Assembly: GCA_963702475.1 (NCBI GenBank)
Contig: CAVPCT010000003.1
Span: 704,001 to 768,000, forward strand
Direction: 5' to 3'
Source: an uncultured Thermoleophilia bacterium
GTDB lineage: Bacteria > Actinomycetota > Thermoleophilia > UBA2241
Length of the DNA: 64,000 nt
Part shown: positions 45,355 to 54,685 of the stretch, in pieces
How positions within the stretch are numbered: position 1 is the stretch's first letter
How the letters are laid out: the number at the start of each line of letters is the position of its first letter
Translations under genes and position numbers: made by a program
Notes under the pieces: generated by a model
What the model saw: only the letters and a program-made list of their open reading frames with translations
Told to the model about the DNA's origin: nothing
The model's database searches: none

Positions 45355-46587
45355 ATGGACTTCCGCTACACCACCGAGCAGGAGATGTACCGCCAGGCCA
45401 TCCGCGAGTGGCTCACCAAGAACGTGGAGCCGCGTTCGCGCGCCATCGACGAGGCCGAGGACGGCATCCCCGACGACATCACCGCGGGCATGGCCGAGAT
45501 GGGCATGTTCGGCACCACCATCCCCGAGGAGTACGGCGGCATGCCGCTCCCGGATGAAGAGCGCCTCATCTACGCCATGATCACGGTCCACGAGATCGCC
45601 CGCGCCGAGCTCAGCATGAGCCTTCCCGTGTACACGCTGCTCACCATCGGCTGGTCGTACATCGTGAACCGCTACGGCACTGAGGAGCTCAAGCAGGAGC
45701 TGTTCCCGGCCGTGGCCGCCGGCAAGGCGTTCGCAGGCATCAACACCACCGAGCCCGGCGGCGGCTCCGACCTCGCCGCCATCAAGACCGTCGCCCCGTG
45801 GAACGAGGAGAAGCAGGCGTACATCCTCAACGGCGAGAAGGCCTACGTCAGCGGCCCCAAGGAGTGCGAGAAGTGGGGCGCCCCGAGTGGCCACTGCTCC
45901 CTCGTCAAGACCGATCCCACGCAGACGTACAAGGGCATGACCTTCATCTGGATCCCAGCCCACCTGGACGGCATCAGCTACACGACCTACAAGGACATGG
46001 GCCGCATGGGCCTCAGCACCGGCGGCTGGATCTACAAGGACGTCGAGCTGCCCAGGAAGTACCTGCTCGGCGAAGAGGGCAAGGGTTTCTACGTCGTGAT
46101 GGACGGCTTCAACGCCGCCCGCGTACTGGTGGCGGCGGCCTGCCTCGGCGGCGCCGAGAAGGCGCTCGAGATCAGCGGTGAGTACACGGCTCAGCGCACC
46201 ACGTTCGGCAAGCCGCTCGGCAAGTACGAGGGCATCAGCTTCGAGATGGCCGGCGACTGGATGCAGCTGGACATGCTCAAGCTCAACCTGCTGCGCGGCG
46301 CCTGGATGATCGGCCAGGAGCACACGAATCCAGGCCAGTTCGGGCGCAAGGAGATCAACAAGGTCATCAGCACCTGCAAGTGCCTCAGCCCGGCGCTGGC
46401 TCACGACATCGCCCGCCACGGCATGATGTACCACGGCGCCTTCGGCTACACCAAGGAGACCCCGCTCGAGATGTTCCTGCGCGGCGTCATGAGCTACGAG
46501 GTGGGCGCCGAGGGCGGCCTCATGATCATGCGCGGCGTGATCGCCCGCGACGAGTGGGGCGAGACGCACAACCCGTTCAAGGATTGA
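45355..46587 (+). CDS. Acyl-CoA dehydrogenase
   Basis: IPEEYGG, TEPGGGSDLA, LNGEKAYVS, LLGEEGKGF, FGKPL, HGAFGY..E. Confidence 0.9.
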   Translation: MDFRYTTEQEMYRQAIREWLTKNVEPRSRAIDEAEDGIPDDITAGMAEMGMFGTTIPEEYGGMPLPDEERLIYAMITVHEIARAELSMSLPVYTLLTIGWSYIVNRYGTEELKQELFPAVAAGKAFAGINTTEPGGGSDLAAIKTVAPWNEEKQAYILNGEKAYVSGPKECEKWGAPSGHCSLVKTDPTQTYKGMTFIWIPAHLDGISYTTYKDMGRMGLSTGGWIYKDVELPRKYLLGEEGKGFYVVMDGFNAARVLVAAACLGGAEKALEISGEYTAQRTTFGKPLGKYEGISFEMAGDWMQLDMLKLNLLRGAWMIGQEHTNPGQFGRKEINKVISTCKCLSPALAHDIARHGMMYHGAFGYTKETPLEMFLRGVMSYEVGAEGGLMIMRGVIARDEWGETHNPFKD

Positions 46588-46660
46588 CGCGGAGTGAGCT
46601 CGAGCCGGTCGTCACGGCAACCGGGCGGCGAGGCACGCGAGGGTCAGAAGCCAGAGTGAC

Positions 46661-47950
46661 ATGGAGACAGTGGAGTGCATCGTCGTCGGTGGCGGCCTCG
46701 CCGGCCTCTCCGCGGCCTACGGCCTGGCTCAGGCCGGCATGGAGGTCATGGTCCTCGAGCGCGGGGACTACTCCGGCGCCAAGAACGTAACGGGCGGGCG
46801 CCTGTACGTGAAGCCCATCAGGCGCTTCTACCCCGAGCTGTGGGACGAGGCGCCGTTCGAGCGGCCCATCGCCCGCGAGCTCGTCACCATGATGGCCGGC
46901 GGGCGGCAGACGACCATCGAGATCGCCTCGGAGCGGTTCACGGCCGAGTCGCCGCAGAGCTACTCGGTGGTGCGCGCCAGGCTCGACCAGTACCTGGCCG
47001 ACAGGGTCACCGCGCAGGGCGCCATGGTCGTGCCCAACATGAAGGTGGACGAGCTCCTGCGCAAGGAGGGCCGGATCATCGGCATCCGCGCCGGCGAGGA
47101 CGAGATCGGCGCGCAGGTCGTGGTCGTGGCGGAGGGCGTGCTGCGGCTGCTCAGCGCGGAGGCGGGCCTGGCGGCGAAGCCCGAGGCCCGGCACCACGCG
47201 CTCGGCTACAAGGAGATCATCGAGCTGCCCCAAGGCGTGATCGAGGACCGCTGGCACCTGAACCCGGGCGAGGGCGCCGCGCAGCTCTTCATGGGCGAGT
47301 GCACCAGGGGCATGATGGGCGGCGCCTTCCTGTACACGAACAAGGACAGCATCTCGCTGGGCATCGTCGTGGGGATGGACGACATGCGCCGCCGGCGCGA
47401 CGGCACCGAGAGCTGGCAGCTGCTGGACGAGTTCAAGGAGCTGCCCGCGGTCCGGCCGCTGGTCGCCGGCGGCACCGTGGCCGAGTACTCGGCGCACGCC
47501 ATCCCCGAGGGCGGCATCAGCCAGGTGCCGCGGCTGTCCGGCGACGGCTACGTCGTCGCCGGCGACACCGCGGGGCTCAGCCTGAACGCCCTCATCACCG
47601 TGCGCGGCATGGACTTCGCCATCGCCTCGGGCTACTTCGCGGCCGAGGCGGTCAAGGCCGCCAAGGAGGCCGGGGACTTCTCGGCCGCCGGCCTCGCCTC
47701 CTACGAAGCGAGGCTGCGCGACAGCTTCGTGCTCAGGGACCTGGAGACGGCCAGGGCCATCCCCGGCGTCATGGAGAACCCTCGCCTGTTCACGCACTAC
47801 CCCGAGGCCGTGGGACGGCTGCTCGAGAGCATCTGGACGGTCGACGACCAGCCGCAGGCCGGCCACGTCAAGAAGGCCTGGAAGGCGGCGCGCCGCGACT
47901 TCATGAGCCTGGCGACCGTCAAGGACGCCTGGTCCCTGAGAAAGATATAG
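46661..47950 (+). CDS. fixC: FixC-like FAD oxidoreductase (ETF:quinone oxidoreductase)
   Basis: VGGGLAG, ERGDYSGAKNVTGGRLY, FLYTNKDSISLG, EYSAHAIPEGG, RGMDFAI.SG. Confidence 0.9.
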   Translation: METVECIVVGGGLAGLSAAYGLAQAGMEVMVLERGDYSGAKNVTGGRLYVKPIRRFYPELWDEAPFERPIARELVTMMAGGRQTTIEIASERFTAESPQSYSVVRARLDQYLADRVTAQGAMVVPNMKVDELLRKEGRIIGIRAGEDEIGAQVVVVAEGVLRLLSAEAGLAAKPEARHHALGYKEIIELPQGVIEDRWHLNPGEGAAQLFMGECTRGMMGGAFLYTNKDSISLGIVVGMDDMRRRRDGTESWQLLDEFKELPAVRPLVAGGTVAEYSAHAIPEGGISQVPRLSGDGYVVAGDTAGLSLNALITVRGMDFAIASGYFAAEAVKAAKEAGDFSAAGLASYEARLRDSFVLRDLETARAIPGVMENPRLFTHYPEAVGRLLESIWTVDDQPQAGHVKKAWKAARRDFMSLATVKDAWSLRKI

Positions 47951-47967
47951 GAGCCTGAGGAGGAGCC

Positions 47968-48249
47968 ATGCCGATGAAGATCGACGCCAAGCTCGGCCTC
48001 GACGTCTTCAAGCTCGACAAGGAGCCGCACATCGTCATCGACACCGACGTGTGCGCCAAGGTCTGCACCGACGAGGCCTGCGTGTACGTGTGCCCGGCCG
48101 ACCTGTACGAGCGCGACGACCAGGGCCGCATGACGGTCAACTGGGAGGGGTGCCTGGAGTGCGGCACCTGCATGATCTGCTGCGACCCCCGCGCGCTCTC
48201 GTGGGAGTACCCGAGCGGGCCGTACGGGGTGCAGTACCGGATGAGCTGA
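47968..48249 (+). CDS. fixX: FixX-like ferredoxin
   Basis: CPADLY, GCLECGTC, WEYPSG.YGVQYR. Confidence 0.9.
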   Translation: MPMKIDAKLGLDVFKLDKEPHIVIDTDVCAKVCTDEACVYVCPADLYERDDQGRMTVNWEGCLECGTCMICCDPRALSWEYPSGPYGVQYRMS

Positions 48250-48262
48250 CGGAGGTGACGGC

Positions 48263-49036
48263 GTGGACATCGTGGTCTGCGTGAAGACCAACCCGGACCT
48301 GCAGATGGTCCGCATCAAGGACCGAGTGGCGCAAACCGAGGGCGTGCCGTACAAGATCGGCGACCTCGAGAGGAACGCGCTCGAGGCTGCCGTCGTGCTG
48401 CGCGACGCGGTCGGCGGCAAGGTCGTCGCACTGTGCCTGGCCGAGGGCAACCGCAAGGCGGCCGAGGACATCAAGTACGCCTTGGCGATGGGCGCCGACG
48501 AGGCCGTGGTCGTGGACGACCCGGCCCTCTCGGCGCCGGACCAGGCGGCGGTGGCGGCAGCGCTCGCCGCCGCCGTCAAGAAGATCGGCACCTGCGACCT
48601 GCTGCTGTTCGGCGAGGGCTCCAGCGACAACTACACCGGGCAGGTGGGGTCGCGCGTTGCCGAGCTGCTCGGCGTCCCGCAGATCGGCTACGCCCGCAAG
48701 GTCCAGGCGGAGGACGGTGTGGTGCGCTGCGAGCGCAGCATGGACGACATGCTCGAGACCGTGGAGGCGCCGCTGCCGGCCGCCGTCACCGTGGTCAGCG
48801 AGATCAACGAGCCGCGCATCCCCGGGCTCATGCACATCATGAAGGCCAAGAGCAAGCCCATGCAGACGTGGTCGCTGGCCGACCTGGGCGTCGACGCGCC
48901 GGCGCCGGTACGGGAGATCGTGAGCAACCTGGCGGAGGAGCAGGACCGCAAACACGTCCTGTTCGAGGGCTCGGCGGCCGAGCAGGCCGACGCCTTCGTC
49001 AACGCGCTCATCAAAGAAGGCGTCCTGGGGAGGTAA
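48263..49036 (+). CDS. fixA: Electron transfer flavoprotein beta subunit (FixA/EtfB)
   Basis: IVVCVK, NALEAA, ALAMGADEA, GSSDNYTGQVG, INEPRIP. Confidence 0.9.
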   Translation: MDIVVCVKTNPDLQMVRIKDRVAQTEGVPYKIGDLERNALEAAVVLRDAVGGKVVALCLAEGNRKAAEDIKYALAMGADEAVVVDDPALSAPDQAAVAAALAAAVKKIGTCDLLLFGEGSSDNYTGQVGSRVAELLGVPQIGYARKVQAEDGVVRCERSMDDMLETVEAPLPAAVTVVSEINEPRIPGLMHIMKAKSKPMQTWSLADLGVDAPAPVREIVSNLAEEQDRKHVLFEGSAAEQADAFVNALIKEGVLGR

Positions 49037-49038
49037 CG

Positions 49039-49986
49039 ATGGCCGAGCTGCTTGTGTACAGCGAGAAGATCGAGACCGCCCGCGAGCTGGTCGCCGGCGG
49101 CAAGGAGATAGCGGCGGCCCTCGGCCTCGGCCTGGCGGCCGCGGCACTGGGGCCGGGCGCCGGAGCCGCGGCGAGCGAGCTCGCCGCCGCCGGCGCCGAC
49201 AAGGTGTACGTGAGCGAGGACCCGGCTCTGGAAGGCTGGCCGGCCGACGCAGTGGCCGCCGGCCTCGCGCAGATCGTCGAGCAGGCCGGCGCGACCGTCG
49301 TGCTCGTCGGCTCCACGCGGCGCGGCAAGGAGACGGCGCCGCGGCTGGCGCAGAAGCTCGGCGCCGGCTGCGTCACCGACGTCAACAGCTGCGCCATCGA
49401 GGACGGCGACGTCGTGGCCGGCCGCTACGCGTTCGGCGGCGCGACCGTCGCGCGAGAGAAGGTGACCACGCCGGTCAAGGTCTTCGCCGTGATGCCCAAG
49501 ACCTTCAGCGCCGAGAACGCAACGCCCGGCGCGGGGGCTGTGGAGAACGTAAGCCTCACCCTCGAGTCGAAGGTGAAGGTCGTCGACAGGCGCGCCAAAG
49601 AAGGCGACCACGTGAACCTCGACGCCGCACCGCTCATCGTCGGCGTCGGGCGCGGCTTCAACAAGCGCGAGGACCTGGCGCTCGGCGACGACCTGGCGGC
49701 AGCGCTGGGCGCCGTGGTCGGCTGCACCAAGAGCCTCGCCGACTTCGAGTGGCTGGGCGAGGACCGCATCATCGGCCTCTCCGGCGCCAAGACGGCGCCC
49801 GACCTGTACCTGGGCGTCGGCGTCTCCGGCCAGATCCAGCACACGGTGGGCGTGGCCGGCGCCAAGCTGATCGCGGCCGTCAACAAGGACAAGGAGGCGC
49901 CGCTCTTCGCGATGGCCGACTACGGCATCGTCGGCGACCTCTACGAGGTGCTGCCCGCGCTCGTCGAGCGCCTGAAGTCCGTGTGA
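49039..49986 (+). CDS. fixB: Electron transfer flavoprotein alpha subunit (FixB/EtfA)
   Basis: VGVGRG, IGLSG..APDLY.GVGVSGQIQH, AVNKDKEAPLF..ADYGIVGDL. Confidence 0.9.
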   Translation: MAELLVYSEKIETARELVAGGKEIAAALGLGLAAAALGPGAGAAASELAAAGADKVYVSEDPALEGWPADAVAAGLAQIVEQAGATVVLVGSTRRGKETAPRLAQKLGAGCVTDVNSCAIEDGDVVAGRYAFGGATVAREKVTTPVKVFAVMPKTFSAENATPGAGAVENVSLTLESKVKVVDRRAKEGDHVNLDAAPLIVGVGRGFNKREDLALGDDLAAALGAVVGCTKSLADFEWLGEDRIIGLSGAKTAPDLYLGVGVSGQIQHTVGVAGAKLIAAVNKDKEAPLFAMADYGIVGDLYEVLPALVERLKSV

Positions 49987-50088
49987 CTGATTGCCGGGGG
50001 CGCGGCCACCGGCCAGTGGCCGCGTCGCCCCCGGCGAGTCGCACACCAGCTGCCCCGCCGGTGAGAGACGGCTCCGGCGGGCGCACCC

Positions 50089-50121
50089 GGGCCGGGGCCC
50101 GCCTTGCGGCGGCCCCGGCCC
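50089..50121 (+). terminator. Putative terminator after the fix operon
   Basis: GGGCCGGGGCC...GCCCCGGCCC hairpin followed by a pyrimidine-rich tract. Confidence 0.5.
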
Positions 50122-50329
50122 TTCCTCTTCTCACGCCGTCTCCGCCGGCTGGTCGTCCGCGAGCTGCTCCATCTCGGCCGGCTGCGTTTCGTCGCGCTGG
50201 GTGCGGCGGCGCGTGCCGGTCGGGATGAGTCCCGCGGCGACGGGTCTGCGCGATGCTGTCGGTTGGAGCGCTACGAGGATGTACGGCACAGGCGTGGCGG
50301 CGGCTTCGGACGTGGAGGGGGCGCGAGGA

Positions 50330-50405
50330 GGGCCAGGTGTCAGCTGATCGTCGGAGCCGACTCGTGATCGGCGGGTCGCCAGTTCGAGTCCAGTTTGGCC
50401 CACCA
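50330..50405 (+). pseudogene. Degenerate tRNA gene (Ile2/CAT-like body, anticodon now CGT)
   Basis: Exactly 76 nt: acceptor GGGCCAG/TTGGCCC-A-CCA, anticodon arm GCCGA-CTCGTGA-TCGGC, T loop TTCGAGT; D arm and T stem decayed. Confidence 0.6.
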
Positions 50406-50491
50406 CGTTGTCACTGCGCACATACATCGCACGGTGAATGAGCGCCCTCCTCCTGCCCGAACACGCGGAGTCCGGCAGCCCGGAGCGCCCT

Positions 50492-51733
50492 TCACGCCCA
50501 CAGACAGCAGATTGGGAGTGCCAACAGGCGATCCCCGAGCGAGTACGGACGTGGGCCGCTATGGAGGACCAGCCCGGCGACGAAGCGATCGTCGAACTCG
50601 TCTCTCAGCCAGCGAAGGTGACGCGCACTGGCGGGCGCGGGAGCAGCCTCTGCCTTCACTTCGATTGCGATGAGGCGACCGTCGGGGCTCTCCAGCAGGA
50701 GGTCGATCTCGTGGCGGCCGCCTTCGAGCCGCACGTGGTGGGCTCGCAACTCCAGGTCGTCTGTGTGTATCTCAGCTCTGACTTGGCTCATGACGTACGT
50801 ATCGAGCACCCTGCCCATCAGATCGCCGTCACGGAGCACTCCCTCCCCGTCCACCTGGAGCGCAGCGCCGACGAGTGCCGGGTCGACCACATATCGCTTG
50901 GGGGTGCGAGCAAGGCGCTTGAGACGATTGGTCGACCATGCCGGTATGGAGTCGACGATGAACAGATTGGTGAGGAGGCCATCGTAGGCCGCGGCGGTTC
51001 GGGCGTTGATGCCCGCGGCATCGTAGAGCTTCTTTGCTTCGGCAAGGCCCGATGTGCTCACGGCCAGCGTTTCGAAATACCTTCTGAGGCGGGCCGGGTC
51101 ACGGCCGACGTCGATCTGCGAGGCATCACGCGTGAGAACCTGGTCGAGGTAGGCACGGAGCCAGCGACGACGCCCTGCCCCGGAAAGGTGAAGCCGTGGT
51201 GAAGGGAACGACCCCGCCAGAGCCGCGTCGATGTAGCCGCGCAGGTCGGGGACGTCACTCGGCACGGAGAGGGCCGCGTCGATGCCCTCGAGGAGCAGAC
51301 GGCGGAAGAGGCCAGGCACATGCGTCCGTCCGGTGAGCTCGCGAGTCACCAGGCCGTCCATGACGACGCGCATGAGCCGTCCGGTCCCGGGCCAGGTCTC
51401 GGTATCAAGATCTGCGCGCACCGAGCCTGTCAGCAGGAAGCGACCGGGTCGCGCGTCCTCATCGACCGCACGCTTGACGGCACCCAGTACAGACGGCACC
51501 GCTTGCCATTCGTCGATGAGGACCGGTTCCTTGAGGCCGCGGAGTGCGACGTCGGGGTCGGCGCGGAAGACCGCGGCATCGGCCTCTCGATCAAGCCGGA
51601 CGACATCTTTGGCGTGACGAACGGCCGTCGTTGTCTTCCCGACTGCCCTGGCTCCGACGAGCAGGACGGCCGGAAGCTCGCTCAGGACATCGGTGAGGAG
51701 GGGGTCAAGAAGCCTCTGCACGTAGCCTGACAT
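50492..51733 (-). CDS. AAA+ ATPase with DUF4143 C-terminal domain
   Basis: GARAVGKTT, VLIDEWQ, FLLTGS, GSFP, PKRYVVDPAL, EIDLLLE..IAIEVK. Confidence 0.85.
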   Translation of the reverse strand: MSGYVQRLLDPLLTDVLSELPAVLLVGARAVGKTTTAVRHAKDVVRLDREADAAVFRADPDVALRGLKEPVLIDEWQAVPSVLGAVKRAVDEDARPGRFLLTGSVRADLDTETWPGTGRLMRVVMDGLVTRELTGRTHVPGLFRRLLLEGIDAALSVPSDVPDLRGYIDAALAGSFPSPRLHLSGAGRRRWLRAYLDQVLTRDASQIDVGRDPARLRRYFETLAVSTSGLAEAKKLYDAAGINARTAAAYDGLLTNLFIVDSIPAWSTNRLKRLARTPKRYVVDPALVGAALQVDGEGVLRDGDLMGRVLDTYVMSQVRAEIHTDDLELRAHHVRLEGGRHEIDLLLESPDGRLIAIEVKAEAAPAPASARHLRWLRDEFDDRFVAGLVLHSGPRPYSLGDRLLALPICCLWA

Positions 51734-51834
51734 GCCATAATAGTACCAAGATTCCGCACAACATGCTACCAAGATCTCGCACTCTGCGATACCACCATAC
51801 CGCACGATCTGAGGCCTCGGCGCCGGCCCGCGGC

Positions 51835-52476
51835 TCAGCCCAGCAGCGCCCTGACGATCCCGAGCCCGCGGGCCGCGTCGTCGCACCAGCCGTCGGCGCC
51901 GAGTCGCTCGCTGACCATCGCGTCCACGGCGCCTCCGCCGATCACGATGGGCAGGTGCGGGTGCCAGCTCGCCGACGCGACGCGCACCAGGTCGATGGTC
52001 TCGCGCAGGCTCTCGTACCCGGACGTGAGCAGGCACGAGAGCCCGACGACGTCCGGGCGTTCGCGCTGTACGACCTCGGCGACCTGCTCCGGCGGCACGT
52101 TGACGCCGAGGTCCACGATGGTGAACCCGTCGGCGTCGAGCAGCGCGACCACGATGTTCTTGCCGATGTCGTGCATGTCGCCGCGCACGGTGGCGACGAC
52201 CATCTTGCCGCCGCTCGCCTCGCCGCGGGCGGCCTCGAGGCGCGGCACGATGAGCTCGGCCGCCTCGCGCAGGATCTCCCCGGCCATGATGAGCGCGGAG
52301 ATGTAGTAGGTCCGCTCCTCGTAGAGCCGGCCGACGCGTGCCATCCCCGCGCGGCATTCGTCGAGCAGGACCGCGGGGTCGTCGCCGCCGGCGAGGCGTT
52401 CGCGGACCTGCGTGAGGGCGCCGCGCTCGTCCATGCGCACGATCAGCTCGTCCAGGCTCTCGCGGCCATCGTTCAC
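51835..52476 (-). CDS. Corrinoid (B12-binding) protein of a methyltransferase system
   Basis: GDMHDIGKNIV (DxHxxG), DLGVNVPPE, VGLSCLLT, IGGG. Confidence 0.9.
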   Translation of the reverse strand: MNDGRESLDELIVRMDERGALTQVRERLAGGDDPAVLLDECRAGMARVGRLYEERTYYISALIMAGEILREAAELIVPRLEAARGEASGGKMVVATVRGDMHDIGKNIVVALLDADGFTIVDLGVNVPPEQVAEVVQRERPDVVGLSCLLTSGYESLRETIDLVRVASASWHPHLPIVIGGGAVDAMVSERLGADGWCDDAARGLGIVRALLG

Positions 52477-52480
52477 GGCG

Positions 52481-53120
52481 TCACCTGAAGCTCAGGCGGT
52501 CGGCGCGGCCCACGAAGCGGCCCCAGCTCTCGGGGCGGTCGTCGAAGTCGTAGAAGAGGTGCTCCACCACCCAGGCGAGCGTGACGGCGGCGTCGCCCAG
52601 GTACGCCGCCTCGGCCTCCGTGAGGGCGGAGGCGTGCAGGGTGAGGCGCCCGTACTTGAGGTCGGAGCCGGCCGCGCCGGAGAAGAGGTCGCGCAGCGCC
52701 GTCATCTCGAGCTGGGCCTCGACCAGCGGCCGGGCGGGATCGAACACAAGGTACTCGCTGTGGCAGAAGACCGGCTCCTCGCCGGGCAGCAGAAGGCGCT
52801 TGATGGCAATCACGCGGTCGTCCTCGGCGACGGCGAGCTTCTCGACCACCCGAGGCGCGGGCGTGACGATGCGCGCCTCCAGGATGCGCGCCTCGATGCT
52901 GGGGTCGGCGATGTAGCTCATCAGGTCGCTGAGGTCGAACGACGCCGCGGCGAGCTGCGGTGGCTTCACGAAGGTACCGCGCCCGTGCTCGGTGTACACG
53001 ACGTCCTTGCGCACGAGCTCGGCGATGGCACGGCGGACCGTCATGGGGCTCACGTCGAACGCCGCGCAGAGCTCCGCCTCCGAGGGCAGACGGTCGCCGG
53101 GCCGATGGTCGCCGTTCACG
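52481..53120 (-). pseudogene. GntR/UTRA transcriptional regulator lacking its N-terminal helix and start
   Basis: PGDRLPSEAEL...VSPMTVRRAI..HGRGTFV followed by a UTRA domain; upstream codons are antisense of the neighbouring gene. Confidence 0.7.
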
Positions 53121-53894
53121 GCGCCGTTCTTCGCCGGCATCTCGGCGCCGCCGGTCAAGGAGATGCTGCTCAAGCCGGCCGAGGCCGGCGACGCCGCCAT
53201 GGAGTGGCTGCAGGTGGCCATGGCCGCCGACGGCAGGGTCATGACCACCCTCGGCATCCCGCAGACCGCCGCCGGCGCCACCAAGGCGCCGTACGACACG
53301 CTCGGCGACACCATGCGCGGCACGCGCGGGCTGATGCTCGACAAGTTCCGTCAGCCAGAGAACGTCAAGGCGGCCATGGAGCGGCTCGTGCCGCAGTCGA
53401 TCGACTGGGCGGTGCGGTCCAACAACATGACCGGCAACCCCATCGTGTTCATCCCCATCCACAAGGGCGCCGACGGCTTCATGAGCGACGCCGACTTCAA
53501 GGAGCTGTACTGGCCGACCTTCAAGGCCGTGCTGCTGGGCCTGATCGAGCAGGGTCTGGTGCCGTGGGTCTTTGTGGAGGGTTCGTACAACGAGCGACTC
53601 GAGGTCATCGCCGACGAGGATATCCCGGCGCACCGCATGATCTGGATGTTCGACGCCACCGACATGGAGCGCGCCAAGGCGACCGTCGGCAAGCGCCGGT
53701 GCACCGGCGGCAACGCGCCGGCCGCGCTGTTCGCGATGGGCACCCAACAGGAGATGGACGACTACGTCAAAGACCTGCTCGGCAAGACGGCCACGGACGG
53801 TGGCTTCATCCTCAGCAGCGGCATCGTGCTGGACGAGGCCGACCCGGCGGCCTACCGGGCCTTCATCGAGGCCGGCCGCAAGTACGGGGCCTGA
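53121..53894 (+). pseudogene. Uroporphyrinogen decarboxylase-fold methyltransferase family protein, 5'-truncated
   Basis: APYDTLGD..RG..G.M.D, FIPIHKGADGFMS..F...YWP, GNAPA.L..GT, GGFILS. Confidence 0.7.
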
Positions 53895-54011
53895 CGGCGC
53901 GGCGTCGGGCAGGCCATCCGGGCCTTTCAGGGGCGCCGGCGGGGGACCGTCGGCGCGCCTCGGCGGCTCTGCTACCATGCGGCCCAGGCGAGCGAGCGGC
54001 AGGAGGGTGAC

Positions 54012-54685
54012 GTGGTCGACGAGGCTGGTGTGGCTGACATGGCGGAGGACCTCCTCGGGCGGTACGAAGAGTTGCCGTTCCCACTCGCCCGCGTGGCGAC
54101 CGTGGACACCGTGCGCATCGGGATCACGCGGCACCACATCCCCGTGCTTTTGGAGGTCGACGTGACGGCGGCGAGCGCGTCCCCATGCCGTTCGTGGTGC
54201 GGCGCGCCGACCGTAAGACAGTGGAGGAGATCGGCGAGGAGATCCGCCGCGCGCAGACGCGTGTGCTCGCGCCCGGCGAGCAGTGGTTGGCAAGCGGCGG
54301 CCGCGTCCCGCTGCCGCGCCTCATGCGCCTCGCGTTCTCCGCGCCGTTCCTCCTGCGCAAGTGGCCTTTCTGGGACCGGCTGCTCGGCGACCCCTTCCGC
54401 GTCAAGCGCACGATGGGCACCGTGATGGTGACCTCCGTGCCGCTCTCCACGCGCTCGGGCACGCGGGCCTGGGCCGCGCCCGTGGGCATCCATCCGCTGT
54501 GGGTCGCGCTCGGCGCGGTCGCGCAACTGCGCGACCCGGAGCGCGAGCTGCTCAGCATGACGGTGCTCTTCGACCACGACGTCACCGACGGCGTGCCCGT
54601 CGCCCTGTTCCTGCGGCGCCTCACCGAGCTGATGGAGATGGCCTGGGGGCTCGACGCGGAGGCGCCGGCCTCGGTGCCGGCATGA
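54012..54685 (+). pseudogene. 2-oxoacid dehydrogenase acyltransferase-catalytic-like protein with an internal deletion/frameshift near 54165-54185
   Basis: HHIPVLLEVDVT in one frame; P.VVRRADRKT..EI..GTV.VTS..FDHDVTDGVP.A.F in another. Confidence 0.6.
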
